A stretch of DNA of 64,000 nucleotides from Mobula hypostoma (lineage: Eukaryota). Under the pieces are notes generated by a model, which saw only the letters and a program-made list of their open reading frames with translations, was not told the DNA's origin and ran no database searches. The stretch is from the NCBI RefSeq assembly GCF_963921235.1, contig NC_086108.1, positions 53,136,001 through 53,200,000 of the forward strand, given 5' to 3'. The translations under genes were made by a program, and so were the position numbers. This document shows, one piece after another, positions 1-13,295 of the stretch; position 1 is the first letter of the stretch; each line of letters begins with the position of its first letter.

Positions 1-2186
1 AAGGCCAAATTTGAAGAAATGAGAAAGGATCTAAAAAGTGTGGATTGGGACAGGTTGTTCTCTGGCAAAGATGTGATTGGTAGGTGGGAAGCCTTCAAAG
101 GGGAAATTTTGAGAGTGCAGAGTTTGTATGTTCCTGTCAGGATTAAAGGCAAATTGAATAGGAATAAGGAACCTTGGTTCTCAAGGGATATTGCAACTCT
201 GATAAAGAAGAAGAGGGAATTGTATGAAATGTATAGGAAAAAGGGGGTAAATCAGGTGCTTGAGGAGTATAAGAAGTGCAAGAAAATACTTAAGAAAGAA
301 ATCAGGAGGGCTAAAAGAAGACATGAGGTTGCCTTGGCAGTCAAAGTGAAGGAGAATCCAAAGAGCTTTTACAAGTATATTAAGAGCAAAAGGATTGTAA
401 GGGATAAAATTGGTCCTCTTGAAGATCAGAGTGGTCGGCTTTGTGCGGAACCAAAGGAAATGGGGGAGATCTTAAATAGGTTTTTTGCGTCTGTATTTAC
501 TAAGGAAGCTGGCATGAAATCTATGGAATTGAGGGAATCAAGTAGTGAGACCATGGAAACTGTACAGATTGAAAAGGAGGAGGTGCTTGCTGTCTTGAGG
601 AAAATTAAAGTGGATAAATCCCCGGGACCTGACAGAGTGTTCCCTCGGACCTTGAAGGAGACTAGTGTTGAAATTGCGGGGGCGCTGGCAGAAATATTTT
701 AAATGTCGCTGTCTACGGGTGAAGTGCCGGAGGATTGGAGAGTGGCTCATGTTGTTCCGTTGTTTAAAAAAGGATCGAAAAGTAATCCGGGAAATTATAG
801 GCCGGTGAGTTTAACGTCAGTAGTAGGTAAGTTATTGGAGGGAGTACTAAGAGACAGAATCTACAAGCATTTGGATAGACAGGGGCTTATTAGGGAGAGT
901 CAACATGGCTTTGTGCATGGTAGGTCATGTTTGACCAATCTGTTGGAGTTTTTCGAGGAGGTTACCAGGAAAGTGGATGAAGGGAAGGCAGTGGATATTG
1001 TCTACATGGACTTCAGTAAGGCCTTTGACAAGGTCCCGCATGAGAGGTTAGTTAGGAAAATTCAGTCGCTAGGTACACATGGAAAGGTGGTAAATTGGAT
1101 TAGACATTGGCTCGTTGGAAGAAGCCAGAGAGTGGTGGTAGAGAATTGCTTCTCTGAGTGGAGGCCTGTGACTAGTGGTGTGCCACAGGGATCAGTGCTG
1201 GGTCCATTGTTATTTGTCATCTATATCAATGATCTGGATGATAATGTGGTAAATTGGATCAGCAAGTTTGCTGATGATACAAAGATTGGAGGTTTTGTAG
1301 ACAGTGAGGAAGGTTTACAGAGCCTGCAGAGGGACTTGGACCAGCTGGAAAAATGGGCTGAAAAATGGCAGATGGAGTTTAATACTGACAAGTGTGAGGT
1401 ATTGCACGTTGGAAGGACAAACCAACGTAGAACATACAGGGTTAATGGTAAGGCACTGAGGAGTGCAGTGGAACAGAGGGATCTGGGAATACAGATACAA
1501 AATTCCCTAAAAGTGTCGTCACAGGTAGATAGGGTCGTAAAGAGAGCTTTTGGTACATTGGCCTTTATTAATCGAAGTATTGAGTATAAGAGCTGGAATG
1601 TTATGATGAGGTTGTATAAGGCATTGGTGAGGCCGAATCTGGAGTATTGTGTTCAGTTTTGGTCACCAAATTACAGGAAGGATATCAATAAGGTTGAAAG
1701 AGTGCAGAGAAGGTTTACAAGGATGTTGCCGGGACTTGAGAAACTCAGTTACAGAGAAAGGTTGAATAGGTTAGGACTTTATTCCCTAGAGTGTAGAAGA
1801 ATGAGGGGAGATTTGATAGAGGTATATAAAATTATGATGGGTATAGATAGAGTGAATGCAAGCAGGCTCTTTCCACTGAGGCAAGGGGAGAAAAAAACCA
1901 GAGGACATGGGTTAAGGGTGAGGGGGGAAAAGTTTAAAGGGAACATTAGGGGGGGCTTCTTCACACAGAGAGTGGTGGGAGTATGGAATGAGCTGCCAGA
2001 CGAGGTGGTAAATGCCGGTTCTTTTTTAACATTTAAGAATAAATTGGACAGATACATGGATGGGAGGTGTATGGAGGGATATGGTCCGTGTGCAGGTCAG
2101 TGGGACTAGGCAGAAAATGGTTCAGCACAGCCAAGAAGGGCCAAAGGGCCTGTTTCTGTGCTGTAGTTTCTATGGTTTCTATGGTT
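1..2186 (+). mobile_element. CR1-clade non-LTR retrotransposon, ORF2 RT region and 3' tail (runs off the window start); one in-frame stop
   Basis: ORFs 19-702 and 703-2109 are in the same frame, separated only by TAA at 700-702. RT motifs NYRPVSLTS, YMDFSKAFDKV, GVPQGSVLGPLLF and FADD; CR1-type C-terminus TRGH...FFTQRVV..WNELP; 3' tail GGCCTGTTTCTGTGCTGTA followed by (TTTCTATGG)2. Confidence 0.95.
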
Positions 2187-5100
2187 AATTCAATATAGAT
2201 CTCCTTGTTATCCTACTTTCCTCAAAAAAGGATTTTTGCTGGAGTCACGTTGTAGACATTGGTACCCCTCTGATTCAGATGGCCGTTCCTTATCAGTAAA
2301 CCCAAATTCTGGCTATCAGTAGATTATGCAGAGAAGAACCTTATCCTGTCCTCATTTGACTTTCACACACATTTATACATTTCAGTAAGAACTTCTGGAT
2401 AAAATTCAGCAATTGAAGCCCCAATATTTTTTTCTGCAGCATAACCCTCGGCTGTTGAAGCCATTTGCAGTGACCACGCTCCCAATCTACTGAGAATCTG
2501 AAATATATTAATAATGAAACATTGAATACTTCATATCTGCACACCCCAGCCTTCAGGGTAGCTCAGTGTAACAGCTTTTAATCAATTGATTTGTTTACAA
2601 CACATTAAAGAAAGCCTCATCCATTTTTACAGAAGCAGGAAACAACCCAACTGAGCACTAACACTCCGGCAAATGCACTTCAGTCCCCACTGTCCTCAGC
2701 AATTTCCTGAATGCAATAAAATAATGGAATAATTACATTCAAGCAAGGACTGTGTGATCTTTTTAATTATTCCAAACCTCATCTTAGATCACACTCTTCA
2801 AACCTACCATTATAACTGATTGTCTTAAATCAGTCAACTAATCTTTGAGATCGTAAATAATCCAGCTATTAAAGACAAAGAAATGCTAAATATTAAATTG
2901 TAACCTTTATTATTCAGAAAATTAACCTCAGGATAATAGGATAGTATCCTCTTCAGAGAACGAGAAAGTGAATTTGTTTTCTTGTGATTCCTTGCGTATT
3001 ATAAAATGGAAATTTTTTTGAATGTCAGTCTCTGAAATGGAAATAGGTTGGGAACATTTTATTGTTCTATAAGGTCATTACACTGAATTCTGTAATTATG
3101 GAAATGATCTGTCCAGTTTCTAGCCAATGTTTTCTCCCATCCATAAGGTAAAGGAATGTTCAATCATGCATCTCCTGGGAAAGTAAGGTCATAACTGTAA
3201 GAATCAGCAGAATCAAATTAAGCAAAGAAATTTCATTAGTGTTTAGCCAGAAGGCATCTGTAAAAGAAAAGTACAGGGCAAAGAACTTACATGGGAGTTG
3301 AAAAGGAAAAAGAAAATGGTTTGGTGACAGAGTTGGTGACAGAGTTCTTGAAAGAATGCTACTTTCGCACAGAGACCTATCAGTTGTACATGGAGGTAAG
3401 AGGAGAGGTAAAGCCATGAAATATTGAACTTGTCTGTCATTTTAGACTGCACACATTTTCATCATTTTTGAAGGTAGAACATAAAATGAAGCCTTATATG
3501 TTGTTGAATAAAAACTGGTGTTAAGAAATAATTTTGTCCTTCTGATTTCTTTTTTTCTTTATAAGGGTGTTAACTCAAAACTGAGAGCCCATTCTTTATG
3601 AAGAGTCCCAGAAACTCCACTTTGGCAGGCTTATTGCTCAAATGGAAAGCCATAGGTGAGTCCAGTCTTTTTCATACTCAACTGCCTAGCAAAGTCCTTT
3701 TCAGCAGAGTCCTTAGGCAATAGAAAAATATCCCCTACTCTACACTGAGGCCAATAATATCACTCCTATCAATACAATAGCAACATATACTAATGATTAA
3801 ACCTGGAGAATTTTCTTTTTCACTAGAAGAAAAATAAATTTATATAACTTATCACTTTATATCTGATGAGAAGAATATGGTAGCCACATTGTACACAGCA
3901 AGGTCACAAAATCAGCAAAGAAGAGATAAATGAAGAAGAAGTTAACCTGCTTTCAGTTCTGTTGGCTACTGGATGAGCATTGGCACAGACAAAATTCAAA
4001 TGCATATACTTGTTGGGGCAGTGAGTACCTTTCGAAATAATACGTTTTTGAAAATTACTGCAAGTGTTTAATAATAACTTTAAAATGTTTAATCTCTTTT
4101 CAATATTTAACTCTGTTTTGAATGGATTAATCTAGTTATAAAGTCTTCAGGGTGTATAGTCTTGCATGTTTTGCCAAAAAAAAGAATTTGCAGAAATGAG
4201 TAGAAAGACTTTATGCCGGGTTTAATGGTGGGAATGGACAATTTAGCAGCCAGCAGCATTACTAACAGAAGTGGATGGCGATTTTAATCTCAACAGGAGT
4301 CACAAGGGCCAAAGTATTTTGTTTTTGGATCCCTGTTGGTAGGGTACAATGCCAGCCTGACAAGAGCAAAGTGATTAAGGGTTTTAATAAAAGGGTGCTA
4401 ACTCTAAATAAATACTTTCTGTTAATCAAAAGCCATACTGAGAGAAATTTTGCAGGACACTTAAAAGTAGACTAAGAATAAAACATAACATAAAGTCTGA
4501 TAGATTGTTAAGTAGAAGGCTTTTTAAAAATTGAATTTAATTTACTGTGATATGATAGGTATTTATGCCTCAATAAGCATGTGCAGATTGAGTTCAAGGG
4601 TCAGCTTCAATGCTTATTTGACAAGCAATGCATAATGGGACAAAAAATGAATGACAGTTGCCTTTCCCAGAAATAGAGGTTTATTAACCTGTATTTTCTC
4701 TCGTTTTTCACAGCACAGTACCTCAGGGAGGCATTTCCAATGCAAATAAGCCAAACTGTGATCTGTGTTCACACCATGAGCTCTTTCCTCTGAATCACTT
4801 TCTACATAAAGTCAAAAAACCAAAGAAAATGGAAAAGACTAAATTGTTTAGTCTCAGAGATGATAAAATTAAATGTGGTTAAAGCGCTCATGTGAGCCCA
4901 ATATCCTCTCATTTCTGACAAAAACTGTGAAATCGTTTGCTGTGAGCTCAAAAAGATTCACTGAAGTGGTAAAGTAATTCGCCAATATTATGACCTGAGT
5001 TTCCTATTCCATCTAACTTAATAGTCATTTTTATATTAACATAGTTTACTCATGTCTGCATTTCGAGAGTGAATCTAGGGTCACATTGTTTGAGGTAAAT

Positions 5101-5679
5101 TTGTATTTAAAACATATTACAGCAGGAAACTATTAAACGCAAACTGCCTGCACAGACAGATTTTACACATTGAGTGTGTAATGCATTTAGGAATAAGGGC
5201 TATTATTACATGTTAGATCATTCAGCACATGCTGTATATCTATACTGAAAAGCATTTTTTTCTCCTTGCAAATGTTCTTGTATTTTTTTTGTGATTAACC
5301 CTTCTATCAATATGCATGTCCTTCATGGGAGGAAATCTGTCATTCTACCCTGAATGCCATTGCACATCTCCCAATTCACAAGTGTGGTTGATTCATAAGT
5401 GCCCTCTGAAATGGCTTAGTAAGCCTCCCAGTTATCTCACAACTGGTATGTTGAAGCAACAAAAAAAAAACAGATGGGTCAGCTAGCATTGATCTAAGCA
5501 TAGGATTCAGACATGACAAAGTCACTTTTAGTCCATATTGCTCCTTATAAATGTCTGGGGATTGATGTCTGATTGGGAGATCAACCCTATTGACTGCTGA
5601 AGCGAAATCCTGACAGAATTGTCTTCACAGAATCAGACTTTGGACACAATGTATTAGACTCCTCCATCAGAGCCCCAGA

Positions 5680-6290
5680 GTAAATTGGTAAATTGGTTTA
5701 TAGGTATAGTGAAAAACTTTGTTTTTTTGCATGCCATCCACATCAATCATTTCCTCACATCAGTCCACTGCAGTAGTACAAAGGAAAATCAGTAAGAGTG
5801 CAGAAAAAAATGTTACAGTTGCGGAGAAAGTGCAGTGCAGACAGACAACAAGGTGCAAAGCCATTAGGAAGTAGATTGCGAGGCCAGAAGTCCATCTTAT
5901 TGTAAAATGGGACCAGTCTATTGTCTCGTATCTGAAGGATAGAAGCTGTGCTTGAGCCTAGTGTTATGTGCTCTCAGGTTTGTTCCCAATAGGAGAGGGC
6001 AAAAGAGAGAATATCCAGGCTGGGTGGGGTCTTCGATTACGTTGGCTGTTTTACCATGGACTGAGGAGACGGAGTCTGTGAAGCGAAAGCTGGTTTTCAT
6101 GGTGTGTTGAGCTGTGTCCATGACTCTCTGTGGTTTATTGTGGTCACACGCAATGCAGTTGCTATACCAAGCCATGATGCATCCAGATAGGATGCTTTCT
6201 ATGGCGCATCTATAGAAATGGCTGAAGGTCAACAGGGAAATGCCTCCTGAGGAAGCAGAGGTGCTGGAGTGCTTCCTAGGCCACGGTATC
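5680..6290 (-). mobile_element. Degenerate Rex1/Babar-like LINE 3' fragment
   Basis: ORF 5918-6379(-) contains FYRCAIESILSGCIMAWY...QRVMDTAQH...DPTQPGYSLF, a Rex1-type ORF C-terminus. Confidence 0.75.
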
Positions 6291-6394
6291 GGCCTACATT
6301 TTGTTCCCCCAGCAGGAATCAGTTTATAAATCCAGGCTCTTCCACGATAAGCAATAAGCATTGAAAGTGAGCACTTCACAGACCATTATAAAAA

Positions 6395-6542
6395 GTGACA
6401 CACACAAAATGCTGGAGGAACTCAGCAGGTCAGGCAGCATCTATGGAAAAGAGTAAACAATTGACGTCTTGGGCTGAGACCCTTCGTCAGGTTTTCTTAT
6501 GTTTGTGGAATTCCAGCATATGCAGCTTTTCTCATGTTTGTG
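6395..6542. mobile_element. Short Penelope-tail derivative with internal inversion and 10-bp TSD
   Basis: Minus-oriented tail with a degenerate hammerhead (6458-6491) joined to a plus-oriented terminal piece; ATTATAAAAA at 6385-6394 and 6543-6552. Confidence 0.75.
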
Positions 6543-6875
6543 ATTATAAAAAATGGCTTGGTGATACCAAGACTGATTGAGCTGGGTGATTCCTGACTGC
6601 CAGACTGAGAATGATGAGTGAATCAACTGAAGGATAAAGCAATTTGATCCCATTCTCACTAGTCTACCAATAACAGCTGTCCATGATATCACTTACAGAG
6701 GTGACCTTGTACCAAGATGATCCATTTGGAGAAGAAATCCTGTTGTCATACCAAGGATCCCCTTTATTGTATGTGTGACACAACAGTTGTGCTAAATGGA
6801 TCAGTCTCAGAACAGATCTAGCCACCCAAAACTGTGTATCCATGAAGCACTGTGGATCATCAGCAGCTCCCATCA

Positions 6876-7745
6876 TAAGACCATAAGACCATAAGATATA
6901 GGAGCAGAATTAGGCCATTCGCCCATCAATTTAGAGCTTAGGAAAATAGAGGGCTGTGTGCTAGGAAAATTCTAGGCAGTTTCTAGAGTAGGCTACATGG
7001 TCGGCACAACATTGTGGGCCGAAGAGCCTGTAATATGCTGTAAATTTCTATGTTCTATGTAATTTCATTATGGCTGAATTACTATCCCTCTCAGCTTCAT
7101 TCTCAATGAGATGTAGAACTGAGAGCTTTCATCTGAACCACATAATGATCCACTGGTCCTTCTCCCCATTACCTTTGAAGCCTTTACTATTCAAGAGCCT
7201 ATCAACCTCCACCAAATCATAATCTTTAACCCCATGGCCCAAAATATCCATCAGTTTGCTACTAGCATCAAGCTCTGGAATCATGGCTTGGCTTCGCGAA
7301 CGAAGATTTAGGAAGGGGGCTGCCCACGTCTTCTGCAGGCTTGCTGGTGGCTGACGAGGCCAATACGGGACAGACAGGTCCAGCCGCAGCAGCTGCAAGG
7401 GAAATTCTGAGGATGGTTGTAGATGTGGGCGTATCCTTCGGCCTGCGCAATGGTATTTTAGGTGGAGTGCAGTGTGCGTGGTACTGGCCCCACCCTTTAC
7501 ACCCGGGGTTCATCTGCCATAGCCTAGTAAGCTGGGACGGTGACAGCGAGATCCTCGGGTCGTAGGAATTATTTAAGGCAGAAGTTGATAGATTCTCTTA
7601 ATTGGTCAGGGCATGAAGGGATACAGGGAGAATGCAGGAGATTGGGACTGAGAAGAAAGCTGGATCAGCCATGATGAAATGGCGGAACAGACTCAATGGG
7701 ACAAATAGCCTAATTCTGCTCCTAAGTCTCATCGTCTCATGGCTC
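6876..7745. mobile_element. Cluster of nested CR1 3'-end fragments in both orientations
   Basis: Minus tail (ATAAGACC)n at 6876; plus tail GGTCGGCACAACATTGTGGGCCGAAG...(TTCTATG)n at about 6999-7060; plus CR1 end at about 7565-7745. Confidence 0.65.
7281..7565 (-). mobile_element. RTE-clade derived element (ORF C-terminus and 3' tail, joined to a non-coding segment)
   Basis: The minus strand reads FPCSCCGWTCLSRIGLVSHQQACRRRGQPPS*, the RTE C-terminal Cys/His motif, then ATCTTCGTTCGCGAAGCCAAGCC. CpG-rich compared with the flanks. Confidence 0.7.
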
Positions 7746-7799
7746 AATTATAAAAATAATCATAGTAGTTAGGCTAAAGATGGAATTGGAAAGGAATAT

Positions 7800-8700
7800 C
7801 ATGTTCGATCAACCTGCTGGAGTTTTTGCTACCAACCCAACAGGCATTTGATGGTGTGCCACAGGGATTGATGATGGGTCTTCACTATTTTACAATTTAT
7901 ATAAATAAGTTTGATGAAGACATCAAAGATAGGGTTGATAATTTTTCCGATTAAGTAGAAATGGGCAGTACAGTAAGATGTGAAGAGGATGTGAAGACAA
8001 TACAGTGAAATATAGACTGGTTAACTGGGCAGACAAAGATCAGACAAATATGTGTAATGTGAGAAAATGTGATATTCATTTCAGCAGGAAATGCTGAAAG
8101 ATTGCAGAGCTCTGAGATGCAATGGGAGCTATGTGTCTCAGTAACTAATTCACATAAGTTCAGGTACAGAAAGTAAGGGAGAAGGTTGAAAGGCTGAAAT
8201 TGTTTATTGCTAGTGAATTGTTTAACAAAAGCAAGGAGGTAATTCCTTAACTATGAAATTGGTGAGACCACATCTGGTGTGAAGGTCTGATCTCCATATT
8301 TATGGATGGATATTAGTGCATTGGAAGTAATTTAAAGAAAGTCTCCTTAACTAATACCTTGAATGACTGAGTTTTATTATAAGGAAGGATTGTACAAGTT
8401 CAGCTTTTCTGTGCTGGAGTTAAGAGGAGCAAGAGGGAACTTGACTGAATCATATAAAATTCTGAGGTGACTTCACAAATTAATAAGATGTTTCTGCTTG
8501 CTGGAGAATCCAGAACTAGCAGTCACTGTTTAAAATTAAGGGGGTGGCCATAGAAGACAAAGATAACCTGAAATTCTTGATTCAGTCAATTGTCCTTGGA
8601 CTGTTTTTCCTTAAGCAGTGGTGTAATCAGAGGCATATACATGTTAAGCAAGAGTTGAAATGTTACTCTGGGTGCACAGGAATACCGAGATGAGGCAATA
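7800..8700 (+). mobile_element. Highly decayed CR1-like RT fragment
   Basis: Remnants GGTGTGCCACAGGGAT (GVPQG) and TTGGTGAGACCACATCTGG (LVRPHL) in the expected order. Confidence 0.6.
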
Positions 8701-8741
8701 GGTTGCTCAAGCCTCAGAAGTGTGCAGGAGGGCTGTGATCA

Positions 8742-9230
8742 CTGCTGTCCATGGCCTCCTCTACTTGCAGGCTGGAGAAGCAACACCTCATACTCTGTCT
8801 AGGTAACCTCTAGCCAGATGGCATGAACATCAATTACTCGCACTTTGAGTAATTTCTCTCCCCTCCCTCTTCCCTCTTCCTTTAATTTCCCACTCTGTCC
8901 TCTTGCCTCTTCTCCTCACCTGCCTATCACCTCCCCTGATGCCCCTCCTCTTTCCTCTCTTATCAGTTTCTTTTTTCTCCAGCTCTTTGTCTTTTCCACC
9001 TATCACCTCCTGGCTTCTTACTTCATCCACCCTCCCCCACCCACCTGCCTTCCCCTATCACTTTCTAGCTTATTCCCAGATTCTCATTCTGACATCTTCC
9101 CCCTTTCTTTCCGGTCCTGATGAAGGGTCTCAGCCTATTTCCATAATTGCTGCCTGACCTGCTGAGTTCCTCCAGCATTTTTTGTCTGTTGCTCTGGATT
9201 TCCAGCATCTGCTGAATCTCTTGTGTTTAT
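8742..9230 (+). mobile_element. Penelope-like element 3' fragment
   Basis: ORF end (LEKQHLIL...DGMNI), pyrimidine-rich UTR, CTGATGAAGGGTCTCAGCC at 9117, tail GCTGCCTGACCTGCTGAGTTCCTCCAGCATTTT. Confidence 0.75.
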
Positions 9231-12200
9231 GACTAGAATGCCCAGATAGGGGAAACATTATAAAACATTAAGCATTAACAGAGCACTGTATGAACTTTAA
9301 CTGTTTTAATAAGAAAATGGGGTCAAGGGTTTTTCTGAGTTTAAAAAAAACATTTATGGTGGTTGAAACTGCACATTATATTTCTATTCAATTCTGGTAA
9401 AGATCACGTTCAATCCAAATTATGATTCAGTGTGCACCTACTGGGAGCAAGTGATGACTTTCTCTACGGAAGATAGCAGGGAGATTCTGTGTAGTCAATG
9501 CAACGGAACTTATCTTCTTTCACAGCTCCAGACACCCAAATCATTAGTCATTGATCACTATAAGACACTGGAAAGGTGCTGCATAAAAAGCTTTTGTTAT
9601 GCTATTGACTTTGAATCCTGGAATTTGCAGCTTAATATTTCTGGTATAGTGGGGCAAAGGAAAAGACCAAAACCAGCTCAGGCTTTATTGCTGAATCAAT
9701 GGATTTCCGTCTTTCTAATAGTGAGGGTGCAACAGCAGTCCTCAGTGCACCCAAATAGAAGCAGAAAGTTCCAGCAAAGTTTGCTGTTTCTGATTACTGT
9801 CTAGTGACCACTATTGAAAAGCGCATGATTATCTGACCTGTCAACACTCATTAATCTTACACATTCAACCTGAAACATTACGTCTGTTTATCCTCCCACA
9901 GATGCAGCCTGACTCACTAAGTATTTCCAGCATTTTCTGTCTTTATTTTAGATCTTAGTTTTTTGGATGCTCACACACGATAGTAGTCACTTGGATGATC
10001 TCTGTCATGTGTGAATGTCCAAACAATCACTAACAGCTCAACTCAGTCAGTATGAATAAGGTGGTAGGAGAAAGGTCTATCACTGATAATAACTACATAC
10101 ATGCAGCTGGAGGCCAGGTGAGACACATTACCTCATATGCTAGGCTTTTGGCAATTAAGGTACATAAACCTGGTGGACATTATTCTGTCAGTGGGTCTGC
10201 CTTTCCAATTAATATTTCAGAAAGATATCTGGCCTTTAATATAAATTCATATGTCTACTTCTGCAGTGATATCCAGGCAACAGTTCCACAACTAGACACA
10301 CAGATAATGTTTCCACACCAGTGCAATGCTACCTTCTAATGGAGAACTAATTTTCAGTTGACCATTTGATGCAGGTGATAACTCTTAGTCAACACGTGGA
10401 ACTGATCAACTTATTCTCTAGTTCATCATAAAAGATTCAGGATTTCGATCAAAGGAGGGAGTTGTTATACAGTTATACTAAAAGGCTTTTGATATCATAG
10501 CAGTCCAAATGAAAATGGCTGCTGTGTGATAATAGAAGGGGGGAAAGAAGTGAATACAGTAATTTAAGAACATTCATAGCCAAGTAAAAATAAATACTTA
10601 CTCCATACCATTTAAACACAATTAAAAATGGACTTTAGACAAAAATGGGCCTATTTGTCTATTACTTCAATGCTCAGATTAAATATTCTCAAAGCAGACA
10701 TTTGAACACATTGGAGAAAGTCAAGACATTGTGATGTGAACAGAAGTTTCTTCATCAGTCATATGAACTATAAATCAGAAATGCAATGCACGTTGCTGGT
10801 TTAGGTTATTGAGCCCTGTGCTGGATTTCAGGGGAGTTTACATCTGAAAACACAAACTATCCCTCCAGAATATTTTTTTTCTTGTTGCTTTTTCATGACT
10901 ACAGTTGTTTCACTACTGATACAGTAATGACAATTGACTTGCTCATGTCTTGCTGAGAATTGCCGCCTTCAGAGAGATTAGACAAATTAACAAACTTTGT
11001 TTCAATCAAACAGGCAACAGGAGCTGAAATTTACTACAGCCATTGCCCTTACAGGACTGTCAAGTCATGGTTGAGGTCAAGGTTAGTGAATGACATTTCA
11101 AAGACAGCAGAATTGGAATGAAGTGGGTGAAATCTCAATGTAAGATGCGTCTTACAGTTTACATTAAAACAGAGTAATGACTTTTTTTGCCTTCTCTAGC
11201 TGAGGTCAATGCAGAGAGAGAGTTTACTGTAGTAAGTACTTGAAAACCATACCTCCTGACAATGTTCTGTCCATTCTTTTGCAAATTTTTCCATCATGCT
11301 GTCACAAAGCACAAGACAAAGTGTTGGATTTTCTTCAGAATTGCTACCCATTAGTGGCTTTGTTTGTGGATTAGGCAACAATGCCCTCAGCTTCAAAACT
11401 CCTTGTGTCATATTGTACCACAGCATTCCCATGAAAAGGCAAAAACACTGAGCATAAAGAACAAAGGAAGATTAAAAAAAACAATTACAAAGGTAAAAAG
11501 GAATTACGGAATTAAATTACCAAGGAACATAAATCAGCTTTTAAAATATTCTATGGGAACATAAATTTAGCAAGGGGAAGTCAAGATGGGAATTGAGCCC
11601 TAAATAATGGACAAGATATAATCACAGCAGGAAATTATTTTTTCTTTGCTATTTACCAAGGAGATGGATCAAAATGATGTAATGTCAAAAAAATAAAATT
11701 AGAAGTAACATTTACAATAAGACTAATAATGTTAGCCTTGTAGGATTTTGTTGGCACTCTTGAAGGGAACTGCTAGTATTTACCCTAATGAGATTACCTT
11801 ATAAAGGTTAGTAAATTCAGACTCCAGCATGAATGCTGAAGTTACAGGCCAGAAACCACCAGCACTTTCCATTCTATGTTCCACTGCTGAATATCACATA
11901 CAGTTCAATGGTGAAGCAGGACCCTGCCTTAATTCCCCAGCGTTAATACTGCACAACATATTCAAAGGTTCATTGCCAGATTGGACCTGATGCAGTATCC
12001 CCAAATCCATTTGTTTCGGTTAAGATTATTATACATACATCTGAGAGGAAGGAAGGTACAAATAAGCAAAGTTGCACTTATTTTTATCATTTAAGTTTGT
12101 AACAATTTTCTTACTTATAAAAATAATTTTAATGTCTATACGTTTTCTGATATCACACCATTTTGATAATTTCTCTGTTAAATATTCATGAAAAATACTG

Positions 12201-12329
12201 TTTTTGTATTGGTTAGTATTTTATTGATTGCTTCATTTTTCTCTTTAATAGTTTTCAGATTACTGTCTTCAATGTGGACAATGTCAGTCTGTAATATTAA
12301 CTTTCTGTAAAGAGAGTACAGCAAAGATT

Positions 12330-12700
12330 CACCAAGCCTAGTGAGTTTTACAGTGTAAAGAGAAACTGAGTAGATTAGGCCTGTCTTCTCACTGACTCTC
12401 AAAATTCTTACTGTACTTAACAGTCTTGACTCAGGGAAGATGTTTCCCTTTGATTTGTAGTCTAGAAGCAGGTGTCCCAGACTCAGAGTTCAGAAGACAT
12501 ATTTTGGACTGAGATGAAGACATATTTCTTCATGTAGAGAATGACAAATCTTTGCCATTCTCTACCCCAGAAGACTTTGGAGCCTTAGTCATTGATGAAT
12601 TTCTAGATAATAAGGGAATCGGCAGATAAGAGGAGAGCGCAGGAAAATTACTTACAAGTGGGTATTTGTCCATAGCCTACTCCTGTTCCTCATGTTAATG
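12330..12700 (+). mobile_element. Decayed CR1 3' fragment
   Basis: GTACAGCAAAGATTCACCAAG (VQ.RFT) and CATTCTCTACCCCAG remnants. Confidence 0.55.
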
Positions 12701-12829
12701 TAGTTTAGTGGTGATTCATGCTCTGTAAACTCCAGACTATTAAATAACTAATGTGAGCTTGACCAGTGTACAACCCCTTGTCTGAAAATGCTGCATCTAT
12801 AATTTCTAAAAGAATCAAACTAAGAACAA

Positions 12830-13295
12830 GTCCAGGTAGCTAACCTGATGGCATGAACATTGATTTCTCTGACTTCCTTTAATTTCCCCCCTTCCCCTTT
12901 TCCTCTTCTTCTATTCCCCATTCTGGCCCCTTCTTGCTTCTTCTCTTCTCTCATCTCCCTATCACCGCCCCCCTAGTGCCCCTTCTCTTTCCTTTTCACA
13001 CATGGTCGGTTCTCCTCTCCTATCAGTTTCCTTCTTCTCCAACCTTTTCCACCTGTCTCTTCCCAGCTTCTCACTTCACCGGTCCCCCTCCCCTCACCCA
13101 CCTGGCTTCACTTCTAATTTATCACCTTCTAACAAGTACTCCTTCCCCTCTCCCTACCTCCTTCTTCTGGCCCTATCCCCCTTCTTTTTCAGTTCTGATG
13201 AAGAGCTACGGCAAAAAACGTCGACTGTTCATTCATTTCCATAGATGTGCTTGACCTGCTGAGGTCCTCCAGAACTTTGTGTGTGTTGCTCTCAA
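12830..13295 (+). mobile_element. Penelope-like element 3' fragment with degenerate hammerhead
   Basis: CCTGATGGCATGAACATTGATTTC ORF end, CT-rich UTR, CAGTT-CTGATGA...AAACGTC-GACTG at 13190-13227, shared tail. Confidence 0.75.

Noticed and set aside
7352..7376. CTGACGAGGCC... as a hammerhead core
   Set aside because: No GAAA or stem I partner; it is the antisense of RTE codons RIGLVSH.
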